This document shows positions 33,821 to 42,491 of a DNA stretch of 53,648 nucleotides, piece by piece. The position numbers were made by a program, and so were the translations under genes. The DNA comes from an uncultured Rickettsiales bacterium. Lineage in GTDB: Bacteria > Pseudomonadota > Alphaproteobacteria > Rs-D84. Under the pieces are notes generated by a model that saw only the letters and a list, made by a program, of their open reading frames with translations, had not been told where the DNA came from and searched no databases. The stretch covers positions 1 to 53,648 of the forward strand of contig CAMWQN010000004.1 in NCBI GenBank assembly GCA_947176385.1, written 5' to 3'. The first letter of the stretch is position 1. Each line of letters begins with the position of its first letter.

Positions 33821-35122
33821 TTATTTGCCCAAACACAATTGACCGAATGTTGCATCCAATACTTCTGATGCGGTAATTGTTCCCAATATTTTTCCAATAC
33901 TGTCGGCGGCGATGCGTACATGTTCGGTAAATATGTCATAATTATTACTTGACAAATCAAGTGCGTTTTTCAGTGCGTCGCATGCGTCGGTAAGTAACAT
34001 GCGTGTGCGATTGTTGATTGCAACCTGGGTTTCGGCGCCGCTCAGGTCGTGATGGATTTTGTCGCGGATGGCATCCATCAGTTTATCCATGCCATCGCCT
34101 GTCTTGGCAGAAACATAAATAATATTTTTGTTTGTCTTTTCAGATAGTAAATCGGATTTGTTGATAACGATTATTTGGTTCGGTTGATAATTTACTTTAA
34201 CTTTGTTTGTGAATACACGAATGATTAAATCCGCGTTTTGCATTTCCATATTTGTGCGTTCAATACCGATTTTTTCAATTTCGTCGGATGCGTCATCACG
34301 CAGTCCTGCTGTATCGGACAGGTTGACAAAATACCCGTCGATATCCAGGCTGGCGGATACTACGTCGCGTGTTGTACCAGCAATGTCAGATACGATTGCG
34401 CGATTGCTGCCGACGATGCGATTGAATATTGATGATTTGCCGACATTTGGATCGCCCACCAAAACAATATTATATCCACCGCGGATTGCGCGTGCACGAC
34501 GTGTGCTTGCCAGGGCGGATGATATTTCATCATATAATTTTTGTGTGCGCGCCCGCAAAGTGTCACCAATATTTTTTGGCAGGTCATCCGGTTCATAATC
34601 CAGCATTGCAGCAGCGTATGCAGATATTTCAATCATCTGACCCCGCCAGTCGTTGTAAATCTGGCTGTCATAACCTGTCATGGATTGTAATGCGGCGCGA
34701 CGTTGGCGGTCGGTTGTTGCATCCAGCAGTGCAGCCAAGCCGTCAATATCCGCCAAATCCATTTTATTATTATAGAATGCGCGGCGGGAAAATTCGCCCG
34801 GTGTTGCCATGCGTGCGCCAAATGTTTCAGACAGGTATGTAAATATCCGTTCGATTACAGCGGGTGCGCCGTGTGAATGAATTTCAATAATATCGGTACC
34901 TGTAAATGAATTTGGCGCAGCAAAGTATATTACCAGGCATTGGTCAATCAGGTCGCCCGCGGTGTCGCGCATATTTATCAGGTATGTTTTGCGCGCATCA
35001 AATGATTTTTTACCAGATATGCGTGCAAACATATCGCGTAGGTTGTTGCCAGACACGCGAATTACTGCGACGCCAGATTTTCCGTGACCGGATGATAATG
35101 CAAAGATGATGTCGTTATTCAT
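33821..35122 (-). CDS. mnmE: tRNA uridine-5-carboxymethylaminomethyl modification GTPase MnmE
   Basis: IFALSSGHGKSGVAVIRVSG, GDPNVGKSSIFN, SDIAGTTRD, C-terminal LCLGK. Confidence 0.9.
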   Translation of the reverse strand: MNNDIIFALSSGHGKSGVAVIRVSGNNLRDMFARISGKKSFDARKTYLINMRDTAGDLIDQCLVIYFAAPNSFTGTDIIEIHSHGAPAVIERIFTYLSETFGARMATPGEFSRRAFYNNKMDLADIDGLAALLDATTDRQRRAALQSMTGYDSQIYNDWRGQMIEISAYAAAMLDYEPDDLPKNIGDTLRARTQKLYDEISSALASTRRARAIRGGYNIVLVGDPNVGKSSIFNRIVGSNRAIVSDIAGTTRDVVSASLDIDGYFVNLSDTAGLRDDASDEIEKIGIERTNMEMQNADLIIRVFTNKVKVNYQPNQIIVINKSDLLSEKTNKNIIYVSAKTGDGMDKLMDAIRDKIHHDLSGAETQVAINNRTRMLLTDACDALKNALDLSSNNYDIFTEHVRIAADSIGKILGTITASEVLDATFGQLCLGK

Positions 35123-35697
35123 TATTTCTTTCCGCTGATTTCTTTTAATGCCAGGGGGACCAGTTTAGAGACATCTGCGCCTGGATTGTTTGATACCAAC
35201 TTTTGCGCCATGTCAACAATATCCAGTCGGCGATATCCGAGTGTTTCCAGTGCCGCCAGCAAATCGGGCAGGGCACCAGATGCGCTAGACGCTTCAAATT
35301 CAAATGTGGCGCCACCGATTTTATTCTTTAATTCAACGATGATTTTTTCGGCGACCTTTTTCCCAACGCCGGGGGCAGTTGCAATTGTTTTGGCGTCACC
35401 CGTCGCAATCGCAGACATCAATGTATCGGTCTTTATCGTGGACAGGATTGCAAGTGCAACCTTGGGTCCAACGCCGGATACGCCAGTTAACTGGTTGAAC
35501 AGGTTTTGTGTCGCAATGGTCGAAAAGCCGAAGAGTCGGATTGAATCCTCCCTTACCACCGTTTCAATCCACAGGGACACCGTCGATTTTGGTGTGTGGT
35601 ATTCCGGGGTAAAGACTTTGTATCCCACGGGTCCCGCCATTAAAATTACGAATCCATCCCCAATATAATCAATTGTGCCTTGCAATTTGCCAATCAT
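35122..35697 (-). CDS. ruvA: Holliday junction DNA helicase subunit RuvA
   Basis: MIGKLQGTI....GFVILMAGPVGYKVF, and HhH motifs LTGVSGVGPKVALAIL and APGVGKKVAEKII. Its stop overlaps the mnmE start (TAATG). Confidence 0.9.
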   Translation of the reverse strand: MIGKLQGTIDYIGDGFVILMAGPVGYKVFTPEYHTPKSTVSLWIETVVREDSIRLFGFSTIATQNLFNQLTGVSGVGPKVALAILSTIKTDTLMSAIATGDAKTIATAPGVGKKVAEKIIVELKNKIGGATFEFEASSASGALPDLLAALETLGYRRLDIVDMAQKLVSNNPGADVSKLVPLALKEISGKK

Positions 35698-35747
35698 TTG
35701 TTATCCTTTTGTTGTAATTTTAATTCAAATAAATCAAAAGGTCAAAT

Positions 35748-36464
35748 ATGAGTGGACACAGTAAATGGCACAATATTCAGCATAAAAAGGGTGCCGTGGA
35801 CGCCGCACGTAGTGGTTTGTTCACAAAACTGGCGCGTGAAATAACAATGGCTGCGAAACTGGGGGATAAAAATCCAGATAACAACCCACGGTTACGTTTG
35901 GCGATTTTGCAGGCACGCAAGGCATCAATGCCAAACGATAATATCAAACGCGCAATTGATAAAGCATCGGGCAGCAACACCGAAAACTATGTAGCAGTAC
36001 GCTATGAAGGTTATGGTCCAGGCGCAGTTCCTGTTATTGTAGAGGCTTTGACCGATAATCCACGTCGTACAGTACCGGAAGTTCGCAATATCTTTGCCAA
36101 AAATGGTGGTAATATGGGTGAAGAAGGCAGTGTTGTATTTATGTTCACACGCGCCGGTCAAATTATGTATCCAGCATCAATCGGCAAAACCGAAGATGAA
36201 ATGATGGAAATCATCATGGATGCAAATGCAGATAACCTGGAAACATCCGAAGAAGGATTTATTATCACAACCAAGCCGGATGATTTCATCAATGTTCAGA
36301 AGGCACTGGCAGATAAATTGGGTGAACCAGAAAGCGCGGAATTGACATGGATTCCAAACATGCCAATGGACTTGGACGATGAAGCATATGCAAAAATCGA
36401 AAAGTTGGTAGATGCGCTGGACGCAAACGATGATGTTCAGAAAGTATTTACCGCCGCTGCGTAA
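35748..36464 (+). CDS. yebC: YebC/PmpR-family DNA-binding transcriptional regulator
   Basis: MSGHSKWHNIQHKKGAVDAARSGLFTKLAREI; full length 238 aa. Confidence 0.9.
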   Translation: MSGHSKWHNIQHKKGAVDAARSGLFTKLAREITMAAKLGDKNPDNNPRLRLAILQARKASMPNDNIKRAIDKASGSNTENYVAVRYEGYGPGAVPVIVEALTDNPRRTVPEVRNIFAKNGGNMGEEGSVVFMFTRAGQIMYPASIGKTEDEMMEIIMDANADNLETSEEGFIITTKPDDFINVQKALADKLGEPESAELTWIPNMPMDLDDEAYAKIEKLVDALDANDDVQKVFTAAA

Positions 36465-36492
36465 AAAACGATTATAATAACATATCTGTGCC

Positions 36493-36540
36493 CAGGGGCG
36501 GTATCTTATGTAACGTCTGTACACTGCGATACCGCCCCTG
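36493..36540. other. 13-bp perfect inverted repeat between yebC and ruvC
   Basis: CAGGGGCGGTATC (36493-36505) and GATACCGCCCCTG (36528-36540) with a 22-nt loop and no T tract. Confidence 0.5.
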
Positions 36541-36586
36541 AACACATCTATATCATTCTAATTGTTTTTTTATGAAGAGGTGAAAA

Positions 36587-37063
36587 ATGACGCGTATTTT
36601 GGGAATTGATCCGGGACTGTTGCATACTGGCTGGGCGGTGATTGAAAGCCAGGGTGCGTTGCGCAGATATATTGCCAGTGGCGTTGTTTTGCCACCGACA
36701 AAAGCCCCATTGGCAGAACGATTGGTATATATTTTTCGCGGGGTGCATGAAATATGCGAAAAATTCCAGCCTGATGAATGCAGCATAGAAATCACATTCG
36801 TAAATAAAAATCCAACAACAACATTGGTGTTGGGACATGCACGTGCGGCAGCGATTGTTGCGGTTGCGGACATGAATGTACCGTTGTTTGAATATGAGCC
36901 GAACAAGATTAAAAAGGCATTAACATCGGCTGGACACGCGGATAAAGAACAGGTCTATAAAATGGTGCGCATGCTGTTGCCAATGGCGAATCCAAAAACA
37001 GCAGACGAAAGTGATGCGATTGCAATCGCATTGGCGCATGCAAATACCCGACGATTTGTTTAG
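36587..37063 (+). CDS. ruvC: Crossover junction endodeoxyribonuclease RuvC
   Basis: MTRILGIDPGLLHTGWAVIE, ECSIEITFVNKNP, DESDAIAIALAH. Confidence 0.9.
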   Translation: MTRILGIDPGLLHTGWAVIESQGALRRYIASGVVLPPTKAPLAERLVYIFRGVHEICEKFQPDECSIEITFVNKNPTTTLVLGHARAAAIVAVADMNVPLFEYEPNKIKKALTSAGHADKEQVYKMVRMLLPMANPKTADESDAIAIALAHANTRRFV

Positions 37064-37131
37064 GAATACCGTCGTTTTTTAATATCTTTCCCTTTTTGAT
37101 ATAATTTATGTGTTTTAAAAAAGGGGATATT

Positions 37132-37410
37132 ATGAAAGTTGATTTTACAGAAAACTATGTATGGAAAATGCGCGTACGCCGTCGGCAGTTGCTGCGGGCA
37201 TTTGTTATAAATCTGGTGCTGATTGCGTTGATATGGTTGCTGACATTTGTGCCTGGGGTTTTGTTCCTGGGGGTAATAATGACAGGACTGTCTGCGACAA
37301 TGATGCACTTTGCAATAATCGGTGCGCTGGGGTTGTGGGGGATGCTGAATTTCGCGTTCTTTCTGGTGCCGGCAATTGCCATCGGTGGCAGCGTGGAAAA
37401 TGAACAATAG
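37132..37410 (+). CDS. Hypothetical small membrane protein
   Basis: Two or three predicted TM helices (VINLVLIALIWLLTFVPGVLFLGVIM; FAIIGALGLWGMLNFAFFLVPAIAI). ATG 37132 after AAGGGGA. Confidence 0.55.
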   Translation: MKVDFTENYVWKMRVRRRQLLRAFVINLVLIALIWLLTFVPGVLFLGVIMTGLSATMMHFAIIGALGLWGMLNFAFFLVPAIAIGGSVENEQ

Positions 37411-37418
37411 TCTGTTGA

Positions 37419-37517
37419 CTATTGTTCGCCGCGCCGGCGCATTATGCGTACGATTACGACAGCGGCGATTAAAAATCCGACAAATATATATAGTGGGTTT
37501 GGGATTGTGTTTAACAT
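37419..37517 (-). CDS. Possible 32-aa membrane micro-protein
   Basis: MLNTIPNPLYIFVGFLIAAVVIVRIMRRRGEQ. The ATG lies 12 nt after the DUF721 stop, with AGGA upstream. Below the ORF-track cutoff. Confidence 0.35.
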   Translation of the reverse strand: MLNTIPNPLYIFVGFLIAAVVIVRIMRRRGEQ

Positions 37518-37529
37518 TTTATAATCCTG

Positions 37530-37874
37530 TTATTTTCGAAATGTAATTTTTCCAACAGCGTCGTAACCAAAGTATTTGTTAATACGTTTGATTATGTCAT
37601 TTGATTGATATGATAATTGCAATGCAAATGCAGGTGCCGTGGGGCGCACAACAATTGTGAATTTGTTATCCCGTGTTTTTCGTATTGCTGCCAATTTTGC
37701 AATGGATGCAATGTCTGGTCCCATGATTTCATCCCATCGCGCTGCCAGGTCTGCGTCGGATGCACGGATGCCAAATATTTTCATCAATCCCCCCATCGCG
37801 CCCGCCAGTGTTTGTGGGCGGGCAGTGCGGGTCAGAATTGATGGTTTTTTATTTGGTTGGTTTGACATATTCAT
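37530..37874 (-). CDS. DUF721-domain protein (DciA family)
   Basis: LAARWDEIMGPDIA...FTIVVRPTAPAFALQLSYQSNDIIKRINKYFG matches the DUF721 pattern. Its start overlaps the mltA 3' end. Confidence 0.6.
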   Translation of the reverse strand: MNMSNQPNKKPSILTRTARPQTLAGAMGGLMKIFGIRASDADLAARWDEIMGPDIASIAKLAAIRKTRDNKFTIVVRPTAPAFALQLSYQSNDIIKRINKYFGYDAVGKITFRK

Positions 37875-38940
37875 AAACCTTTGGCATCAGGATAAACATT
37901 TCACCCTGGGCATGTTGACCGTGCGCGAATTTATATGCTTCGTCACCTTTGCCAAAGAATATGTCGGCGCGTATCCAACCCTTAATCGCGCTGCCGGTAT
38001 CTTGGGCAATCATCAATCGTTGGAATTTACGACCATCAGACAGATTTGTATTGATATAGACCGGCAATCCCAATGTATAAATATCTGTATCCATTGCGAC
38101 CGAACGGATTTTTGACAGTGGTGTCCCCAGTTTTCCAATTACATCCGGTGGTACAGATTCATAGAAATACACATAACGTGGATTTTTATAAATTACGTCC
38201 TTGGCTAAATCCGGGTGCGCTTTTAAATATGTCCATACGGCGTCGGCTGAATATCCGCCATCAGGACGGATGCCACGGCTGCGTAATTCTTCGCCGATTG
38301 ATTTGAATGGCATATCGTTGACAGCGGCAAAGTTCAATTTTACGTCAGTGCCGTCTTCAAGCCGCAGGTTGCCGCTGCCCTGAATCTGCAGGTTTTGTAC
38401 ATCAACAATGTTTGCCCAGTACAGGACACGTCCGATTTTCTTGTCAACAATGTCTTTCTTGGCGACGCCCTTGTAATTGCGTCCGTCGGTTGGGACACCC
38501 ATTAATGGTTCATTGCATTGTGCGGTCTTGGTGCGGCATGCCGGGATTATTGGGGAATAGTATCCTGTATATGTTCCGCGCGATGCGCCGGTATCAGTAT
38601 AGATTTGATATGGTTGGAAATTTGATTCAAACCATGCACGGACGGTTGCGACGTCGGCAGATGCAGATGGCAGTGTGCGGCATTTTTCTTCGAATAATTC
38701 ACGGTCTGGGACAACGCGACCGGTGTATTGGATTTTTGCCTTGCATGAATTACGGAATGCCTGTAATGCATATCGTACATCATCATCGCGCCAGCCGGGC
38801 AGGTCTGAATATGATACGCGCTTTAAATTCGATGGCGTAACAGAATTATCACTGCTGTATCGTGGCGCAGATAAATCGCATGCCGCCAAGAATCCAGCCA
38901 TACATACGGCACATACCTTGATAAATATCTTTGTTCGCAT
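37849..38940 (-). CDS. mltA: Membrane-bound lytic murein transglycosylase A
   Basis: Lipobox FLAAC-D, LQIQGSGNLRLEDGT, and a 3D-domain end AQDTGSAIKGWIRADIFFGKGDEA. I chose the start at MRTKIF (38940). Confidence 0.85.
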   Translation of the reverse strand: MRTKIFIKVCAVCMAGFLAACDLSAPRYSSDNSVTPSNLKRVSYSDLPGWRDDDVRYALQAFRNSCKAKIQYTGRVVPDRELFEEKCRTLPSASADVATVRAWFESNFQPYQIYTDTGASRGTYTGYYSPIIPACRTKTAQCNEPLMGVPTDGRNYKGVAKKDIVDKKIGRVLYWANIVDVQNLQIQGSGNLRLEDGTDVKLNFAAVNDMPFKSIGEELRSRGIRPDGGYSADAVWTYLKAHPDLAKDVIYKNPRYVYFYESVPPDVIGKLGTPLSKIRSVAMDTDIYTLGLPVYINTNLSDGRKFQRLMIAQDTGSAIKGWIRADIFFGKGDEAYKFAHGQHAQGEMFILMPKVYEYVKPTK

Positions 38941-39022
38941 TTTGTTGTGTCCCCCCACTTGTAAAACTGTTATCATGATGCTATATTATCATAAAACGAT
39001 GCGTAAAAAAAGGAGCAATCGC

Positions 39023-39463
39023 ATGGCAAAGTTCAACATTATTTCACAATTCTTGAAAGACATTTCTTTCGAAAGCCCAAATGTACCAGAATTATTCTTT
39101 AAACAGGAAAATGGTCAGGCAAAACTGGAAATCAATATCGATATTCAAATCAAAGGTGCAGAAAACAACTTGTTCATGGTTGATTTGATTACCAAGGTTC
39201 ATTCAAAATTGGAAGCAGGCGATAAATCAATATTCTTGATTGAATCAACATATTCAGGCTTGGTCCAGATGGAAGAAGAAAAAGACGAAGAAACCAAAAA
39301 ACGTACTTTGTTGATTGATGTTCCAACATTGCTGTTCCCAGCGGTACGCGCATTGATTACACGTCTGACATCAGAATCAGGATTCCCAACATTTGCAATG
39401 CAGCCGGTTGATTTTGCCCAACTGTATGAACAGAAGCAGGCACAGACCGCAAACGCAAAATAA
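39023..39463 (+). CDS. secB: Protein-export chaperone SecB
   Basis: MAKFNIISQFLKDISFESPNVPELF...LLIDVPTLLFPAVRALITRLTSESGFPTFAMQPVDFAQLY. AAGGAG RBS. The ORF-track N-terminal extension back to 38675 overlaps mltA and is not used. Confidence 0.9.
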   Translation: MAKFNIISQFLKDISFESPNVPELFFKQENGQAKLEINIDIQIKGAENNLFMVDLITKVHSKLEAGDKSIFLIESTYSGLVQMEEEKDEETKKRTLLIDVPTLLFPAVRALITRLTSESGFPTFAMQPVDFAQLYEQKQAQTANAK

Positions 39464-39464
39464 A

Positions 39465-39491
39465 AATCAAACCGCCGCAAGGCGGTTTTTT
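39465..39491 (+). terminator. Intrinsic terminator after secB
   Basis: AACCGCC-GCAA-GGCGGTT followed by a T run. Confidence 0.8.
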
Positions 39492-39495
39492 CAAA

Positions 39496-39521
39496 GAACA
39501 AATAACAGAGAACAAATAACA
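39496..39521. repeat. Tandem direct repeat AGAACAAATAACA x2
   Basis: AGAACAAATAACA-G-AGAACAAATAACA, read directly from the sequence just downstream of the secB terminator. Confidence 0.6.
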
Positions 39522-39573
39522 AATTACATCGTGGGACCGGTAAAACAAAATACTATGATTTTGGAAATTTGCG

Positions 39574-39582
39574 TGTTATAAT
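39574..39582 (+). promoter_or_regulatory. Extended -10 promoter element
   Basis: TGTTATAAT (TG-N-TATAAT) about 60 nt upstream of leader copy B. No good -35 box. Confidence 0.45.
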
Positions 39583-39639
39583 CGTGGTGCGATGGCGGGT
39601 TGCTGTCGTGAGTCTTAACAAACTCATTGAATTATCAGC

Positions 39640-39776
39640 GTCAAGGAAAGACGTAAAAATCTCCAATCAAAATAGGTTGGAGGACGGTGAATATCCAATA
39701 AACCGTGCTATGTTTTCTGATGATTCAATAGTTGTTAACCTCCAACCACACAGATTTTTCTGGTGGTTTTTGTTTT
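39640..39776 (+). promoter_or_regulatory. Attenuator-like 5' leader, copy B
   Basis: Ordered elements: GTC-AAGGAAA-GAC hairpin, CTCCAA (39661-39666), GGTTGGAGG (39675-39683), ACGGT..ACCGT hairpin, AACCTCCAACCAC (39737-39749), 12-nt loop, GGTGGTT plus a T tract ending 17 nt before the ATG at 39794. Confidence 0.5.
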
Positions 39777-39793
39777 GAAAAAACGGGGTTAGA

Positions 39794-40048
39794 ATGAAAC
39801 AAAAACACGCAACACGAAATGAATTAGCCCAGGCGTTTATTGATATCTGGTTGTTTTTAAATTTTCGGGTCTGTGGGGATACACCTGTGGTTGATAATCC
39901 GATTGTGGTTAATAAACGGGCAACGCGTGCCCAATTGCAGAATGAGATTTTTAATATGAAAATTCAAATATCTGGTTTGTTACATAGATATCAAGAATTA
40001 ATGGATGACGAGGTTGAATTAAACAATCGCCGGTGTATAAAAAAATAA
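39794..40048 (+). CDS. Hypothetical 84-aa protein
   Basis: ORF directly after leader copy B. No signal peptide; the C-terminal half looks like a predicted coiled coil. Confidence 0.5.
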   Translation: MKQKHATRNELAQAFIDIWLFLNFRVCGDTPVVDNPIVVNKRATRAQLQNEIFNMKIQISGLLHRYQELMDDEVELNNRRCIKK

Positions 40049-40116
40049 AGGCGCGGTTTGCAGGTATGCTCTTTTTATGCTATCATAATAAAGTTATATA
40101 GGTAGAGAGAGAATAT

Positions 40117-41319
40117 ATGTCCGCAAAATCAAAATATCTGTCCGTACGCGGGTCTGTCAGTGGTTTTTCATTCGCAAATATGGGGTTGTTTACCGGATTC
40201 GCAGACGGTATATATAATGCGGTTTATTCGCTGGTTATTCTGGAAATATTTCGGTCCAGCGCAATTGTTGGATTCTATGTCGCGCTGTATGCTGCATTTT
40301 GCATGATTGTCGGGCTGTTCGCAAATGAATTGTTCCGCCAGTTTTCAAAGGTAAAGGTCTTTTATTTCTCATTGCTGATGCTGGCGGTGTGCTATGCGAT
40401 GATGGGATTTTCAATCCGCCCAATCAGTTTTATTACACTGGATTATACAACCGGTATTGCGATTACGCTGGTTGGTGTTTTGATACCGCTGTTTATGTCG
40501 GACTTTGCGGGTAATGCCGGCATGGCAAAGTTAAATTCACGCTATCATTTGTGGATAAATGTTGGCGCGTTATTCGCACCGATGATTGCGGTCGCAATTG
40601 CAAATCGATTTGATAATCGGTCGGCATTCTTTGCGTCTGCGTTGATATATTTATTGGGCTGGATGTTCTTTAAGTACTTTAAAATTGTGCAACAAACGCC
40701 ACAGGTAAAGCCTGTTAATCCACGTCGCACGTTGCGGTCGCTGTGGCGCAATACGCTGGCTTTTGTTCGGTGTCCGGGTATGTTGCGCGCGTATGCGATA
40801 AACTTTGGGTATTATTCGTTGCGTGCAATGCGATATCTGTATGTGCCGATTGTTGTTATTGAAAATGGGTTTTCCAAAGATACGCTGGGGTGGGTTTTGA
40901 CCCTGGGGATTATTCCATATTTGTTGCTGTCGGATTTAATGGGGCGCCTGGTTGGGCGGTATGGTAAAAATATCTGGCTGATATTGGGATTTTCGTCGTT
41001 TGCATTGTTTGCAGCTGCCGCGACCGTTGTGACGGGTATTCCGCTGTTGGCGATATTTGTCGCATGGCAGGTGTCGGGCGCGTTAATGGAATCTGTGCAT
41101 GATTTGATGTTCTTTGATACAGCGAAAAAGACTGAACAGACACGATTCTATGGTGTTTTCCGTACAAGCGTAAATTTGCCAAATATTGTCGCGCCAATTC
41201 TGGGGGCAATATGCATTACTATATTTGGAACAACGTCCGCTGTGTGGGCGGTTTCTGCCACAATTGGGGCGCTGTCGGTCGGTATTTTAATTACCCGTCG
41301 TCGTCCATGTGCGGCATGA
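40117..41319 (+). CDS. MFS transporter
   Basis: 400 aa with about 12 hydrophobic helices in a 6+6 arrangement and a basic central loop (QQTPQVKPVNPRRTLRSLWR). Confidence 0.7.
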   Translation: MSAKSKYLSVRGSVSGFSFANMGLFTGFADGIYNAVYSLVILEIFRSSAIVGFYVALYAAFCMIVGLFANELFRQFSKVKVFYFSLLMLAVCYAMMGFSIRPISFITLDYTTGIAITLVGVLIPLFMSDFAGNAGMAKLNSRYHLWINVGALFAPMIAVAIANRFDNRSAFFASALIYLLGWMFFKYFKIVQQTPQVKPVNPRRTLRSLWRNTLAFVRCPGMLRAYAINFGYYSLRAMRYLYVPIVVIENGFSKDTLGWVLTLGIIPYLLLSDLMGRLVGRYGKNIWLILGFSSFALFAAAATVVTGIPLLAIFVAWQVSGALMESVHDLMFFDTAKKTEQTRFYGVFRTSVNLPNIVAPILGAICITIFGTTSAVWAVSATIGALSVGILITRRRPCAA

Positions 41320-41383
41320 TTATTTTCGTTGCGTGGGGGCTTTTTTCTTAGTATCATCTGGGTATTAAGAAAAGGGGATTTTT

Positions 41384-42469
41384 ATGGCAAAGAAAGATAC
41401 AGTAAAAGAAGCAGGGACATCTGCGAAAAATCCAGCATTGGAATCTGCGCTGGCACAAATTCAAAAGCAGTTTGGTAAAGAAGCCATCATGAAAATGGGT
41501 GATGGTTCACAACAAAATATAGAAGCAATTTCATCAGGTTCACTGGGCTTGGATATTGCGCTGGGTATCGGTGGTTATCCACGTGGTCGTATTGTTGAAA
41601 TCTATGGTCCGGAAAGTTCCGGTAAAACAACATTGGCACTGCATGCAGTGGCAGAAGCGCAAAAGAAAGGTGGTACATGCGCATATATCGATGCAGAAAA
41701 TGCATTGGATCCAAGTTATGCAAAAAAATTGGGCGTTGATGTCGCAAATCTGATTATTTCACAGCCTGATTCTGGTGAACAAGCATTGGAAATTACAGAC
41801 ACTTTGGTTAAATCCGGTGCGGTTGATGTTGTTGTTATCGACAGTGTGGCTGCATTGGTACCCAAGGCTGAATTGGAAGGAAATATCGGTGATTCATTTG
41901 TTGGTACAACAGCGCGATTGATGTCGCAATCATTGAAAAAACTGGCGGGTTCTGTTGCACGCAGCAATACATTGTTAATCTTTATTAACCAGATACGTAT
42001 GAAAATCGGTGTGATGTTCGGTAATCCTGAAACAACATCCGGTGGTAATGCGTTAAAGTTCTATGCGTCTGTTCGTCTGGATATCCGTCGCACAGGTCAG
42101 ATAAAGGACAAAGAAAATGTTGTTGGAAATGAAACACGTGTTAAAATTGTAAAGAACAAGGTTGCACCACCATTCCGCACAGTTGATTTCAAAATCATGT
42201 ATGGCGAAGGTATTTCCCGCATATCTGAAATCTTGGATATGGGCGTGAAATATGATTTTATTGAAAAGGCGGGCAGTTTCTATTCTTACAACAATGAACG
42301 CATGGGGCAGGGCGAAGCGAACGCACGTCAATGGTTGCGTGATCATGCGGATGCACAAAAAGAATTGTTGGATAAAATCATGGCACGTGCCGGTGGTATT
42401 GCAGAAGAAATGACCACGGGTCCCGTGGATGATGACGCTGATGATTCTGTTGCAGCAACAGACGAATAA
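41384..42469 (+). CDS. recA: Recombinase RecA
   Basis: [61 protein letters not shown]. Divergent in the L2 region ([19 protein letters not shown]). Confidence 0.95.
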   Translation: MAKKDTVKEAGTSAKNPALESALAQIQKQFGKEAIMKMGDGSQQNIEAISSGSLGLDIALGIGGYPRGRIVEIYGPESSGKTTLALHAVAEAQKKGGTCAYIDAENALDPSYAKKLGVDVANLIISQPDSGEQALEITDTLVKSGAVDVVVIDSVAALVPKAELEGNIGDSFVGTTARLMSQSLKKLAGSVARSNTLLIFINQIRMKIGVMFGNPETTSGGNALKFYASVRLDIRRTGQIKDKENVVGNETRVKIVKNKVAPPFRTVDFKIMYGEGISRISEILDMGVKYDFIEKAGSFYSYNNERMGQGEANARQWLRDHADAQKELLDKIMARAGGIAEEMTTGPVDDDADDSVAATDE

Positions 42470-42491
42470 TTAAATACACAGGGGGCGACCG

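Noticed and set aside
38675-39022. N-terminal extension of the secB ORF (262-aa ORF-track version)
   Set aside because: The extension runs antisense through the 5' end of mltA. SecB homology begins at MAKFNII (39023), directly after an AAGGAG RBS.
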